Part shown: piece by piece, positions 41,460 through 52,192 of the stretch
Layout of the letters: each line of letters starts with the position of its first letter
Position numbering within the stretch: the stretch's first letter is position 1
From: Spirochaetia bacterium
GTDB lineage: Bacteria > Spirochaetota > Spirochaetia > SZUA-6 > Bin103
DNA: 64,000 nt
Direction: 5' to 3'
NCBI GenBank assembly: GCA_965203515.1
Contig: OZ241907.1
Location: 832,001-896,000 of the forward strand
Position numbers and translations under genes: made by a program
Notes under the pieces: model-generated
The model's database searches: none
Seen by the model: only the letters and a program-made list of their open reading frames with translations
Told to the model about the DNA's origin: nothing

Positions 41460-43198
41460 CGGTTGAAGACTTTCTGCGATCGATCCGGAGCTTCCATGAA
41501 GACTTCGGAGAGGTTAAGACACGTGAGGATCGTTTGCTTACCGCACTCGCCCGGTTCGAGAATACCCTTACTGGATTCGCCGACACGAGGGTGCCGGTGG
41601 CGCGAGCGGAGTTCGCTAAACTTACTGATACGCTACGGTCAGGAATTGTCCGTAGCGTGAGGAAGTGGACCGCCGGGCGCCAAGCCAGCGCGCCGGTCAG
41701 GAAGCTGTCGAAGCGGTTTCAGGACCGGCCGATCATCTTCGTGTTTGGGAAGGTAAACTCCGGCAAGAGCACCTTCATGAACTTCCTGGTTGACGAGCTG
41801 GAGCGCGTCGGCGCCGAAACGAAGGGGTTCGTCGTGACCGATGGCGGGGTCAAGAGTGCGACTGCTCGGTTCGAAACCGGCGTTACCGAAACGACGAACC
41901 GGATACAGGGGGTGGAGATCGACCGATGCCTTGCCTTGATCGACTCTCCGGGGCTGCACTCGGTTACCGATGCAAACGAGGAGCTGACGAAACGCTACAC
42001 CGACAGTACGGATGCGATACTCTGGTTATCTCCTTCCACATCGCCGGGACAGGTGCAGGAGCTGAATGATCTCAATGCCGAACTGGAGAGGAAGAAACCC
42101 CTTCAGCCGGTCATTACCAAGAGTGACAGGATTATCGAGACATGGTGCGACGACACGCAGGAACTCCGTCGCGAGCGGCGGAACAAGCCTGCATGTGACC
42201 GTAAGGCTCAGGAGGCCGACGTTCGCGAGCGTGTTCGGCAGCTTGGTTTGGCAAGGAAGATGGAGATGGAGATGGAGATCAGACCGGTCGTTTCCATCTC
42301 GACCATGGCGTACTCGGAATCGAACCGATCTGACGCGGACTGGGAGGAGGCGGGCCTGGGCACGCTCTTCGAGCGCCTGACCAAGATAGTCGATGACGCC
42401 AGGCGATACAAGGTCGAAGAGAAGGCGTCACAAGTCGTTCGGAACTACATCGACAACGAAGTGCTCGGAGAGCTCAACTGCTCGGTCGTCCCCAGGATCA
42501 AGGAGCTGACGGACGAATCCGAGCGTCGCATCGCTAGCCTGGAGCGTTCGAAGCCAGGTCTCGTGGCGGAGGTCAAGGCAAGCGCCATGGCAGCGCTCGA
42601 ACGCATCGTCGACGATCATCGCGGCGACCAGGACGTCGGTGCCATATCCCGCAAATTCGACACGGCAATCAACGACGGGATTGCCGCTGTGGCGAAACGT
42701 GAACTAAACGAATACGTGAGAGACTTAGCGGCGATACTCGTGTCTGTGAAGAACTTGGTGTCGGTATCGTCGGACGAGCTTGGCACGTTCGATGAAGTTT
42801 ATGAGGAAGTTGAACAGATCAAGGGCCGGGCGGCGCAGAGCATCTCCGCATCGGTCGGCAGTATAGGCAGCGCCGTGGCCGCAGGAGCTATCGTCGGTTC
42901 GGTGTTTCCTGGCGTGGGGACCGCTATTGGAGCATTGATTGCCGGTAGTGCCAGCATTCTAGGCATGATAGGCGGCAATGCCGTAGGAAGTCTTTTCGTC
43001 GAGACGGAGAAAATGTCGGTACGAGTCGGTATTTCTACAGCGTCGCTAATGGAGAAGGCGGAGAGGAGAGCGAAACCAGTGATCAAGAGAAAAGTGGACA
43101 AGCTGGTTGAATCGGTGGTTGATCTATACCGATCGACGAAGCGGTTCGCTGTTGCGGTGTCTTCGGAGATCGAAAAGTTCAAGGGAGAGATCACATGA
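41456..43198 (+). CDS. Dynamin-like GTPase with glycine-zipper membrane paddle
   Basis: GKVNSGKST, ETT, DSPG, TKSD; helical trunk; GAIVGSVFPGVGTAIGALIAG. Confidence 0.87.
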   Translation: MTVEDFLRSIRSFHEDFGEVKTREDRLLTALARFENTLTGFADTRVPVARAEFAKLTDTLRSGIVRSVRKWTAGRQASAPVRKLSKRFQDRPIIFVFGKVNSGKSTFMNFLVDELERVGAETKGFVVTDGGVKSATARFETGVTETTNRIQGVEIDRCLALIDSPGLHSVTDANEELTKRYTDSTDAILWLSPSTSPGQVQELNDLNAELERKKPLQPVITKSDRIIETWCDDTQELRRERRNKPACDRKAQEADVRERVRQLGLARKMEMEMEIRPVVSISTMAYSESNRSDADWEEAGLGTLFERLTKIVDDARRYKVEEKASQVVRNYIDNEVLGELNCSVVPRIKELTDESERRIASLERSKPGLVAEVKASAMAALERIVDDHRGDQDVGAISRKFDTAINDGIAAVAKRELNEYVRDLAAILVSVKNLVSVSSDELGTFDEVYEEVEQIKGRAAQSISASVGSIGSAVAAGAIVGSVFPGVGTAIGALIAGSASILGMIGGNAVGSLFVETEKMSVRVGISTASLMEKAERRAKPVIKRKVDKLVESVVDLYRSTKRFAVAVSSEIEKFKGEIT

Positions 43199-44784
43199 GG
43201 AACCCGTACAACGACGTTAGAGCCAATCTACGGAGCTCCGAGCGCTTGGTAGCCCAACATTCTGACCCGACGAAAGTGAAATCTGCGAAGCAGGAGATAC
43301 TACGGCGGATCGACGACCACACGTTGCACATCCTCGTGTACGGTGCGTACAACTCCGGCAAGAGCACCCTCGTCAATGCGTTGCTCGGTGAGGCACGCGC
43401 GCGTGTCGGCGACGTTCCGACCACGGACCGCATAGACTCCTACGACTGGGAAGGGTACCGGCTGCTCGACACGCCCGGCGTCAACGCGCCGATCGATCAT
43501 GAAAAGACCACCGCAGCGCAGTTGAAGCGGACCAATGCGGTCGTGCTGGTGATCCGCGAAGGCGATCAAGACGCGCGAGACGTGTACGACCGGCTGTTCG
43601 AGATGATGAGAGACAAGAAAACCGTATTCGTCGTGGTGAATCACCAGCTCGGGAACGCTGAAGAAATTGCTGCCTTGATCAGCAGAATCGCCGACATATT
43701 GGAACGGTCTGGCGGAGAACATGGTATCGACGTGCAGTCGTTGCGTACCATCCCCATCTTCCCGGTGAATCTCTACACGGCGTGGAACGGACGTTCGCGG
43801 AATCAGGACAAGCTCACCGAGCATTCCGGATTTGGTCGCTTCCTGGATGCGTTCTACGATTGGACCAGAAGCCTCGACGATGAGACCCATCATCTGTCGG
43901 AAGTAAAGGACATGGTCATACGCCTCTGGTACGCGCCGGCCTCGGGTGAGTGCGCGAGGCGTCGGGAGACTCCGAATGGCGAAGAGTTGGCGCAGTGGCG
44001 GGAGAAGGAACGAGAGTTTGCCGCACGGAAGAACCAGCTATACGGGGAAGCATCGCGCCGGACCGAGCGTGCGATCGATCGAGTCAAGCCCAAAATCTTC
44101 AACCTGCTGCGCGAGTTGCCGAGCGACACGGATTTCCACTCCCGGCTACCAGGTATTATCGGACCGGTCGTGCACGAGATGGAACGGTGGCTGAATGACG
44201 AGTTCGGAATCGACAGCACCGTGTCTGCGACGGCAAACACGAGTTTCGCAGGGACCACCAGAGATGTGGTAGACGCACCAGGGACGAGCGTGGATTTGGA
44301 ACCGATGAAGGAGGTCGTACAGTCGGCCTTGGAAAAAGCGGCAGATCCGAAGGTCGTGAAGGATATCTTGCTCAAACTCCGCCCCACCGACATAGGTAAG
44401 ATACTTGGACTGAAAGGAAGGTGGCACACTACGCTTGGCAGGTATGCCGGGACGATCTCAAAGGTTGCAGGCGCGGCTACATGGGTACTGAATGTCGGCA
44501 TGACGATTTGGGACGCCAAGCGTGCTCGTGACAAACAGGAGGAGCAGAATCGCCAGAGGCTCGAAGCCGTCACCGGGTTACATCAGGCGGCGGACTCTCT
44601 TTGCGGCGACCTGAAGCGCCAACTATTGAGCGATGTAGACGGGATCATCGATCAAGTGATGGATGCTTGGATCAGCGCCGTGCGCAAGAAGATCGAGGAG
44701 CTTCGTCGAGGCGCCAACGAACAGGAAGAGCGTTGCCAGCGGCTCGCGGACTATCAGGCTCAGTTGGAGAAGATTCGCTTCTGA
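43195..44784 (+). CDS. LeoA/HP0731-like dynamin-like GTPase
   Basis: GAYNSGKST, PTT, DTPG; amphipathic GTISKVAGAATWVLNVGMTIWD followed by a coiled coil; ATGA coupling. Confidence 0.87.
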   Translation: MRNPYNDVRANLRSSERLVAQHSDPTKVKSAKQEILRRIDDHTLHILVYGAYNSGKSTLVNALLGEARARVGDVPTTDRIDSYDWEGYRLLDTPGVNAPIDHEKTTAAQLKRTNAVVLVIREGDQDARDVYDRLFEMMRDKKTVFVVVNHQLGNAEEIAALISRIADILERSGGEHGIDVQSLRTIPIFPVNLYTAWNGRSRNQDKLTEHSGFGRFLDAFYDWTRSLDDETHHLSEVKDMVIRLWYAPASGECARRRETPNGEELAQWREKEREFAARKNQLYGEASRRTERAIDRVKPKIFNLLRELPSDTDFHSRLPGIIGPVVHEMERWLNDEFGIDSTVSATANTSFAGTTRDVVDAPGTSVDLEPMKEVVQSALEKAADPKVVKDILLKLRPTDIGKILGLKGRWHTTLGRYAGTISKVAGAATWVLNVGMTIWDAKRARDKQEEQNRQRLEAVTGLHQAADSLCGDLKRQLLSDVDGIIDQVMDAWISAVRKKIEELRRGANEQEERCQRLADYQAQLEKIRF

Positions 44785-44961
44785 TCTCATGCGCCCGCCC
44801 TCGGGGGAGAGCGGGAGGGTCGTAGTGCGGTCGGTGCGCAGGTTCCGGCGGCGGAGCTTCAGCGCTGGACCGCACCTGGAGACCCTGCCGGATCTCGAAG
44901 CGAGTAGACTGAGCCCGCCGGAGTGGCCGCCGGGGGCAGATGATATGATCTTCCTCTCATC

Positions 44962-45936
44962 ATGCACGACCCCGGCTACAAGCGGTTGTTCTCGCAGCCT
45001 CGCATGGTTCAGGACCTGCTGCGCGGCTTCGCCGCCCGCGATTGGAGCGATGCGCTCGATTTCTCGACCCTCACCCCGGTGCCGGCCAGCTTCGTCAGCG
45101 ACCGCCTGCGGGAGCGCCACGGCGATCTGGTGTGGCGGGTCGGATTCCGCGATGAATGGCTGTACCTGCTGGTGCTGCTGGAGTTCCAGTCGACCGTCGA
45201 GCCGGCCATGGCGGTGCGGGTGCTGACCTACACCGGTCTGCTGTACGAGAAGCTGATCGACGATGGCGCGCTGCGCCGCCACGGCAAGCTGCCGCCGGTG
45301 CTGCCGATCGTGATCTACAACGGCAGCCAGCCGTGGACGGCGTCTGAGGACGTGGCGGAGCTGATCGCGTTCGGCGGGGAGGCGCTGGCGCGGTATCAGC
45401 CGTCGCTACGCTACTATCTGCTTGACCAGGGGCGGCTGGGAGCGGACGATCTGCCCGGTCGCAACCTGGTATCGGCTCTGATCGCGCTGGAGACCAATCG
45501 CGCGAGTGAGCGGGTGCCGGAGTTGCTGGCAGCGCTGTTCGAGCGGCTGCGGGAGTTGAGGAACCCGGAGTTGACGCAAGTGTTCCGGGAATGGGTGGAG
45601 CAGGTGCTGGTGCCGCGGAGGATGCGGGGCACGGAGTTGGAGCCGTTGCCGGGATTGGAGGAGGTACGGACGATGTTGCAGGAGCTGGTAGCCGAGTGGG
45701 TCGCGGAAGGCCGCGAGCGAGGCCTGCAGGAAGGCATCGAGCAGGGCCGCGGCGAAGAACGAAAGCTGCTGTGCCGGCTGGCGGCGCGGAAGTTTACGGC
45801 GGAAACGGCGCCGCGGATGTCCGCCCTGCTGGAGCGTCTGCGCGATCCGGAGCGCTTGGCAGAGGTCGGCGACTGGATCATCGAGTGCGAGACGGAGGAG
45901 GAGCTGCTAGCCCGCGTGCAGGGCGCGATTCCATAA
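44962..45936 (+). CDS. Rpn family recombination-promoting nuclease/putative transposase
   Basis: [52 protein letters not shown]. Confidence 0.92.
   Translation: MHDPGYKRLFSQPRMVQDLLRGFAARDWSDALDFSTLTPVPASFVSDRLRERHGDLVWRVGFRDEWLYLLVLLEFQSTVEPAMAVRVLTYTGLLYEKLIDDGALRRHGKLPPVLPIVIYNGSQPWTASEDVAELIAFGGEALARYQPSLRYYLLDQGRLGADDLPGRNLVSALIALETNRASERVPELLAALFERLRELRNPELTQVFREWVEQVLVPRRMRGTELEPLPGLEEVRTMLQELVAEWVAEGRERGLQEGIEQGRGEERKLLCRLAARKFTAETAPRMSALLERLRDPERLAEVGDWIIECETEEELLARVQGAIP
45673..45936 (+). CDS. Putative intragenic RpnS antitoxin (87 aa, in frame within rpn)
   Basis: GGAGGAGG at 45657-45664 lies 8 nt before the in-frame ATG 45673. Confidence 0.6.
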   Translation: MLQELVAEWVAEGRERGLQEGIEQGRGEERKLLCRLAARKFTAETAPRMSALLERLRDPERLAEVGDWIIECETEEELLARVQGAIP

Positions 45937-45983
45937 CCCCGCACCGATCGCGGCGTAAGGGGAGCGACACCGGAGATGACCCG

Positions 45984-47474
<1,491 letters not shown>

Positions 47475-47484
47475 GGGTCTGAGC

Positions 47485-48594
47485 ATGGGCGAGCGCATCG
47501 CCGTCGGCGTCATCGGAGCGGCCGGGCGGGGCGGCGGCCTGCTGCGCGTCCGGGAGGGGCTCGACGTGCACGTGCGGGCCGTATGCGACGTGCGCGCGGA
47601 GCCGCTCGCCGCCGCCAAGCGGGAGCTGGGCGCGGAGGAGTCGTTCGCCGACTACCGCGACATGCTCGCCTCGGTGCGGCTGGACGCCGTGATCGTGGGC
47701 ACGCCGATGCCGTTTCACGCCGAGCAGGCGATCGCGGCGCTGGAATGCGGGGTGAGCGTGGTCTCCGAGGTGCCGGCCGCCGTGTCGATCGACGAGTGCC
47801 GGCGCCTGGTGGCCGCGCGCCGCGCCAGCGCCGCCACCTACGTGCTGGCGGAGAACTACATCTCGATGCGGCAGAACCAGATCGTCAAGGAGATCGTCGC
47901 CGCCGGCCTGTTCGGCACCGTCTACTTCGGGGACGGCGAGTACCTGCACGAGCTGCGCGGCGCGCCGCAGAGCAACCCGACCCCGTGGCGCCGGCGCTGG
48001 CAGCAGGGGATCAACGGCATCACCTACGGCACCCACAGCCTCGGTCCGCTGCTGAGCTGGATGCCCGGCGACCGCGTGGCGCGCGTGGCGTGCGCGGGGA
48101 CCGGCCGCCACTACCGCGATCACCAGGGCCGGCGGTACGAAGCGGAGGACTCCTCCGTCATGCTGGGGCAGATGCGCTCCGGCGGGCTGGTCAAGGTGCG
48201 GACGGACATGCTGTCCGACCGCCCGCATGCCACGCGCAACTACCAGTTGCAGGGCACCGACGGCTGCTACGAGTCGGCGCGGGCGGCCGGCGAGCGGGAC
48301 CGCATCTGGGTGCGGGCGCGCTCGTCCGGGACCGAGTGGCGCGACCTGGAGGAGCTGGCCGACGAGTTCCTGCCGGAGCGCTGGCGCAGGTGGGAGGAAG
48401 CGGCGCAGGGCGCCGGCCACGGCGGCGGCGACCTGATTCAGATGCTCGACTTCGTGGAAGCGGTGCGCGACGGGACCGAGCCGGAGCTGGGCATCGACGC
48501 GGCGATGGACATGACCCTGCCGGGACTGGTGAGCCAGGCATCGATCGAGCAGGGCGGCGCGTGGCTGGAGGTTCCCGACTCGCGCGACTGGTAG
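47485..48594 (+). CDS. Gfo/Idh/MocA oxidoreductase
   Basis: VGVIGAAGRG, SEVPA, AENY, GEYLH, YGTHSLGP, GHGGGD. Confidence 0.88.
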   Translation: MGERIAVGVIGAAGRGGGLLRVREGLDVHVRAVCDVRAEPLAAAKRELGAEESFADYRDMLASVRLDAVIVGTPMPFHAEQAIAALECGVSVVSEVPAAVSIDECRRLVAARRASAATYVLAENYISMRQNQIVKEIVAAGLFGTVYFGDGEYLHELRGAPQSNPTPWRRRWQQGINGITYGTHSLGPLLSWMPGDRVARVACAGTGRHYRDHQGRRYEAEDSSVMLGQMRSGGLVKVRTDMLSDRPHATRNYQLQGTDGCYESARAAGERDRIWVRARSSGTEWRDLEELADEFLPERWRRWEEAAQGAGHGGGDLIQMLDFVEAVRDGTEPELGIDAAMDMTLPGLVSQASIEQGGAWLEVPDSRDW

Positions 48595-48645
48595 CGCCGG
48601 CAAGCGGCCCGGGCGGCCGATCAGGCGCGGAGGGTCTACTCCGAT

Positions 48646-49659
48646 TTGACCATTTCGACGGGTCTCTGCGGATCGACGGATGCCTGGACGCCGTACTGGC
48701 GGGCCGGCGAGGTCACGTCGCTGCCGGAGGTGTACGAAACCCCTGACTCCGGGCCGCTGGCGGAATTCTGGCGGCGCGAGCTGGCCGCGCTCGGCGGCCG
48801 GGCGCGCATCCTCGATCTGGGCTGCGGCAACGGGGCCGTGGCGCTGCTGGCCGCCGCGACCGCCGCGGCGCGAGGGGCGGAATGGGAGATTCACGGCGTC
48901 GACCGGGCGGCTATCGACCCGGTGCGGTCGCTGCCCGTTCGCTACCGGCCGGCCGCCGCGGCGGTGACGTTCCACCCCTGCACGTCGATGACCCGCACGC
49001 CGTTCGACGCCGGCTACTTCTGCCTTGTCGCCGGACAGTTCGCGGTCGAGTACGGCGACGCGCCATCGGTCGCTGACGAGGTGCGGCGGGTGCTGCGGCC
49101 CGGCGGCAGGACGGCGTTCGTGATCCATCTGCGGGAGTCCGCGGTGGTGGCGGGTGCCGCCGTCGAGGCGGCGCACCTGCGTGAAACGCGCGCGCTGTTC
49201 GACGCCGCGCGCGCCGTGGTGGCGGTCAGCGCCGGCGCCGCGCCGCCGCGCGCCCGGCTCACCGCCTGGAATGCGTTCGCGCGCGAGTTTCTGCGGCTCG
49301 AACGCTTGGCCGCCGCGTGCCCGGAACACCAGCGGCCGGCGGCCCCGTTGCGGGAGGTTCCGGCGGCGGTGCGCGACGCATTGGCCGCGGCCATGCCGGA
49401 GCCGGGCGATCCGGTCGATGCGGCCGGCGCGCGTGGTTGCCGGCAGACGCTGGCCGACCTCGACGCTGCGTTGCGGGCGCGCGCCGGTCGGCTGGCCGAG
49501 CTGCTGGCGGCGGCGCCCGACCGCGCCGGCCTGGAGCGCCTGCTCCGGGAGACGGAAAGCCGCGGCCTGTCAGTCGTCGCCCGCGCCGACCTGCATGACC
49601 CGAGCGGCCCGCTCCTGGCCCACGCCGTGACCCTCCGCCGGCCGCGTCACCCGGAGTAG
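48646..49659 (+). CDS. Class I SAM-dependent methyltransferase
   Basis: ILDLGCGNG, GVD, QFAVEY, RVLRPGG. Start uncertain. Confidence 0.8.
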   Translation: MTISTGLCGSTDAWTPYWRAGEVTSLPEVYETPDSGPLAEFWRRELAALGGRARILDLGCGNGAVALLAAATAAARGAEWEIHGVDRAAIDPVRSLPVRYRPAAAAVTFHPCTSMTRTPFDAGYFCLVAGQFAVEYGDAPSVADEVRRVLRPGGRTAFVIHLRESAVVAGAAVEAAHLRETRALFDAARAVVAVSAGAAPPRARLTAWNAFAREFLRLERLAAACPEHQRPAAPLREVPAAVRDALAAAMPEPGDPVDAAGARGCRQTLADLDAALRARAGRLAELLAAAPDRAGLERLLRETESRGLSVVARADLHDPSGPLLAHAVTLRRPRHPE

Positions 49660-49674
49660 TCGGCGCAGCGCGGT

Positions 49675-50271
49675 TCAGCCGCCCGGGCCGGGCCGCAGCG
49701 CGCCGCGGCGGGCCACGTCCTCGGTCGGCTTGCGGTCGCTCGGGTACTCCCGTTCGCGCAGCTCTGCCGGCAGCGCGTCCGGCGGGCCGATGCGGCCGGC
49801 CACGAAGCCGCACATCACGGTGTAGAACCGGGCATCCACGCCGAGCTTCGCGTACGCGGCGTCGTGGTCGATCCCGGCCATGCCGTGGACGTGGATGCCG
49901 CGCGCGGTCGCCTGCAGGGCGAGCGACATCCAGGCAGCGCCGGCGTCGAACTGCGCGGTGCGCGGCCGCTTGCCGTCCGCGGTCCTGGTGTTGGCGAAGA
50001 TGAACCCGATGAGGGGCGCGCGCGCCGCCCAGGCGCGGTTGACCGGCAGCAGGATCGAATCGAACAGCGGCCGGTCCGGGCCGTCGGTCTCATACAGGAA
50101 CAGCCAGGGTTGCCGGTTGAAGGAGGAGGGCGCCCAGCGCGCGGCTTCGAACAGCGCGGCGACCTCGCCATCGGTCAACGGTTCGGCCAGGAATGAGCGG
50201 GGTGACCAGCGGTCGACGAACAGCGGCTCGACGTCAGCGGCAGCGATGCGGGGGTTGGGTCGGTGATCCAT
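49675..50271 (-). CDS. Nitroreductase family protein
   Basis: RWSPRSF, EAARWAPSSFNRQPW, FDAGAA...LQA, HGMAG. Confidence 0.92.
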   Translation of the reverse strand: MDHRPNPRIAAADVEPLFVDRWSPRSFLAEPLTDGEVAALFEAARWAPSSFNRQPWLFLYETDGPDRPLFDSILLPVNRAWAARAPLIGFIFANTRTADGKRPRTAQFDAGAAWMSLALQATARGIHVHGMAGIDHDAAYAKLGVDARFYTVMCGFVAGRIGPPDALPAELREREYPSDRKPTEDVARRGALRPGPGG

Positions 50272-50318
50272 CGCGGTTCTCCCCAAATGTACCGCCCGGA
50301 TCGCGGCCGCGGCCAGCG

Positions 50319-51371
50319 TCAATCCAGGACGACCTCCCGGCCGGTCGACGCCGAGCGGTAGATCGCGTCCAGGACGCCCTGCACGCTGAGCGCCTGATCG
50401 AGCGTCACGCAGAGCTCCTCCCGCCCCAGGATGACGTTGACGAAGTGCTGCATGCGGTCGGCGTGCGGGTAGGCGAGGCGGCCGGCGTCCGGCGACTCGA
50501 TGAGGTGGTAGCCGTCGGCCTCCTGCCGGCAGAGCCGCTCGCCGTAGGTGTCGATCGACCCCTCGGTTCCGTACAACTCGACGTTCATCTCGCCGCCTCG
50601 GTCCAGGTGCATCGCCCACGCCGCATCGAGCGACACGGTCGCGCCGCCGTCGAGCTTGATGACCGCGGTGGCGAAGTCTTCGACGTCGAACGTGGCGTCC
50701 GCCTGCGCCGTCGACAGCCCCCAGCCGCCTTCGCCCAGGCCGCGATTGCCGAACTCCGTGCAGGTCGCCCCGGACACCGCGCGCGGGCGGAAGTCGTCGA
50801 GCAGGTAGAGGGCGTCGTCGAGCATGTGGACGCCGATGTCGAGCAGTGCGCCGCCGCCCGACAGCTCCTTGCGGGTGAACCAGCTGCCGATCCGGGGGAT
50901 GCCCGCGCGGCGCCTCCAGTACGCCTTGCAGTGGTAGGCGCGGCCGATCCGGCCGGCCTCCATGAGCTGTCGGGCGCGCTGGACCGGCGGCGCGAAGCGC
51001 TGGTTCATGCCGAGCATGAAGTGGGTCTCCGCCGCGCGCGCGGCGGCTGCCAGCGGCGCTGCGTCCTCCAGGCTCAGGGCCAGCGGCTTTTCCTGCAACA
51101 CGTGCTTGCCGGCCTGCAGCGCCAGGGTCGACAGCGGCGCATGCAGGTGGTTGGGCGTGGCGACGTAGACCGCGTCGACCTCATCGATGGCGAGCAGCCG
51201 CTCCGGCTCATCGACCACCTGCGTCACGGTCTCGTAGCGCAGCGCGAACTCCGCGGCCCGTTGCCGGTGCGGCTCGGCGACGGCGACGATCTCCGCTTCC
51301 GGGTGTTCGACGAACCCGCGGCAACTGCCCAGGGCGATGCCGCCGGCGCCGATGACTCCAATGCGAACCAT
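50319..51371 (-). CDS. Gfo/Idh/MocA oxidoreductase
   Basis: IGVIGAGGI, TPNHLH, KHVLQEKP, SGGGALLDIGVH. Confidence 0.93.
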   Translation of the reverse strand: MVRIGVIGAGGIALGSCRGFVEHPEAEIVAVAEPHRQRAAEFALRYETVTQVVDEPERLLAIDEVDAVYVATPNHLHAPLSTLALQAGKHVLQEKPLALSLEDAAPLAAAARAAETHFMLGMNQRFAPPVQRARQLMEAGRIGRAYHCKAYWRRRAGIPRIGSWFTRKELSGGGALLDIGVHMLDDALYLLDDFRPRAVSGATCTEFGNRGLGEGGWGLSTAQADATFDVEDFATAVIKLDGGATVSLDAAWAMHLDRGGEMNVELYGTEGSIDTYGERLCRQEADGYHLIESPDAGRLAYPHADRMQHFVNVILGREELCVTLDQALSVQGVLDAIYRSASTGREVVLD

Positions 51372-51450
51372 GCCGGGAAGGGTAGCGGTGACCGCCGGGC
51401 GCCGCCACCACCGCGGCCGCCGTGCGGCGGCGTGGCAGAATGGCCGGATC

Positions 51451-51936
51451 GTGTCCGCTCCGGGGCGTTTCTACGCGCGGCGCAACTCCTGGTACGCGCG
51501 GCTGCTGGTCCGTACGCCGGCGGGGTTCCTGCTCGTGGCGGTCGGCGTCGCCGTCGGCGCGTGGCTCGTCGCGACGCGGGTCGAGCTGACGCGGTACGTC
51601 GCGGTCCCGGTGGAGCGGCGCGATTCGGTGCTGGTCGGCTACGCGCGGCCGTCGTTGCTGCGGGCCGCCGGCGCCGGCCGGGAGGTCGTGTGGCGCGCCG
51701 GCGCCGGCGCGGTTGCGCGCGGCACGCTGGTCTCCTGGGAGGAGTCCGGCGATGGCGACCGCGTGCGGTTCCTGGTGAGCACGGAGGTCGAAGGCGGGGA
51801 AGCGGCCGGCGCGGCGCCCCGGTCGAGCGCAGACGATCGGGTGACGGTCGATCTGCCGGCCGGTACGGAGACGTTGTTCGACCGTATGAAAGGCCGGGCG
51901 CTGGGGAGGCGGCCGCCGGCGATTCGGGCGCCGTGA
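51451..51936 (+). CDS. Hypothetical single-TM protein, possible exporter accessory
   Basis: FYARRNSWY, TM segment GFLLVAVGVAVGAWLVA, beta-rich tail ending ETLFDR. Lies upstream of the ABC relics. Confidence 0.5.
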   Translation: MSAPGRFYARRNSWYARLLVRTPAGFLLVAVGVAVGAWLVATRVELTRYVAVPVERRDSVLVGYARPSLLRAAGAGREVVWRAGAGAVARGTLVSWEESGDGDRVRFLVSTEVEGGEAAGAAPRSSADDRVTVDLPAGTETLFDRMKGRALGRRPPAIRAP

Positions 51937-52027
51937 GCCAACTGCCGGCAGACCCCGCACGCCGGCAGGGTTTCGACTCAGCGTTCGTCAGGAGTTGCCA
52001 GCCAGTCACCGCACCACTTGGTTGCTA

Positions 52028-52103
52028 CTGGGCGGTGCCGGCCGGGGTGAGTTCGGCCCGGCTTCATCCTCGGCGGTGGGCCAGCCGTTCCCGATCGACG
52101 GCG
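52028..52103 (-). pseudogene. Relic fragment of troC
   Basis: 52028-52051 matches 61052-61075 (22/24) and 52050-52103 matches 61149-61202 (52/54). Confidence 0.8.
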
Positions 52104-52157
52104 GCCTTCGTGACCAGCTTCTGCCAAGACTTTCTCCAGGAACCGTGACCGGATCAC

Positions 52158-52186
52158 TTGACTCAAATGCTTTCCATGATTATACT
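52158..52186 (+). promoter_or_regulatory. Sigma70 promoter, probably leaderless transcript
   Basis: TTGACT, 17 bp, TATACT; ATG 52193 follows after 6 nt. Confidence 0.75.
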
Positions 52187-52192
52187 TATGAC

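Larger units (their letters stand above)
39374..45968. mobile_element. Integrase-free genomic island between the glpK relic and intact glpK
   Basis: Bracketed by glpK copies; visibly lower GC over 39.7-44.8 kb; carries the GTPase operon and rpn. Boundaries approximate. Confidence 0.65.

Noticed and set aside
44790..44940. Possible gene remnant between the last GTPase and rpn
   Set aside because: No family recognisable by eye.
44962..45936. IS element around rpn
   Set aside because: No terminal inverted repeats or target duplication seen.
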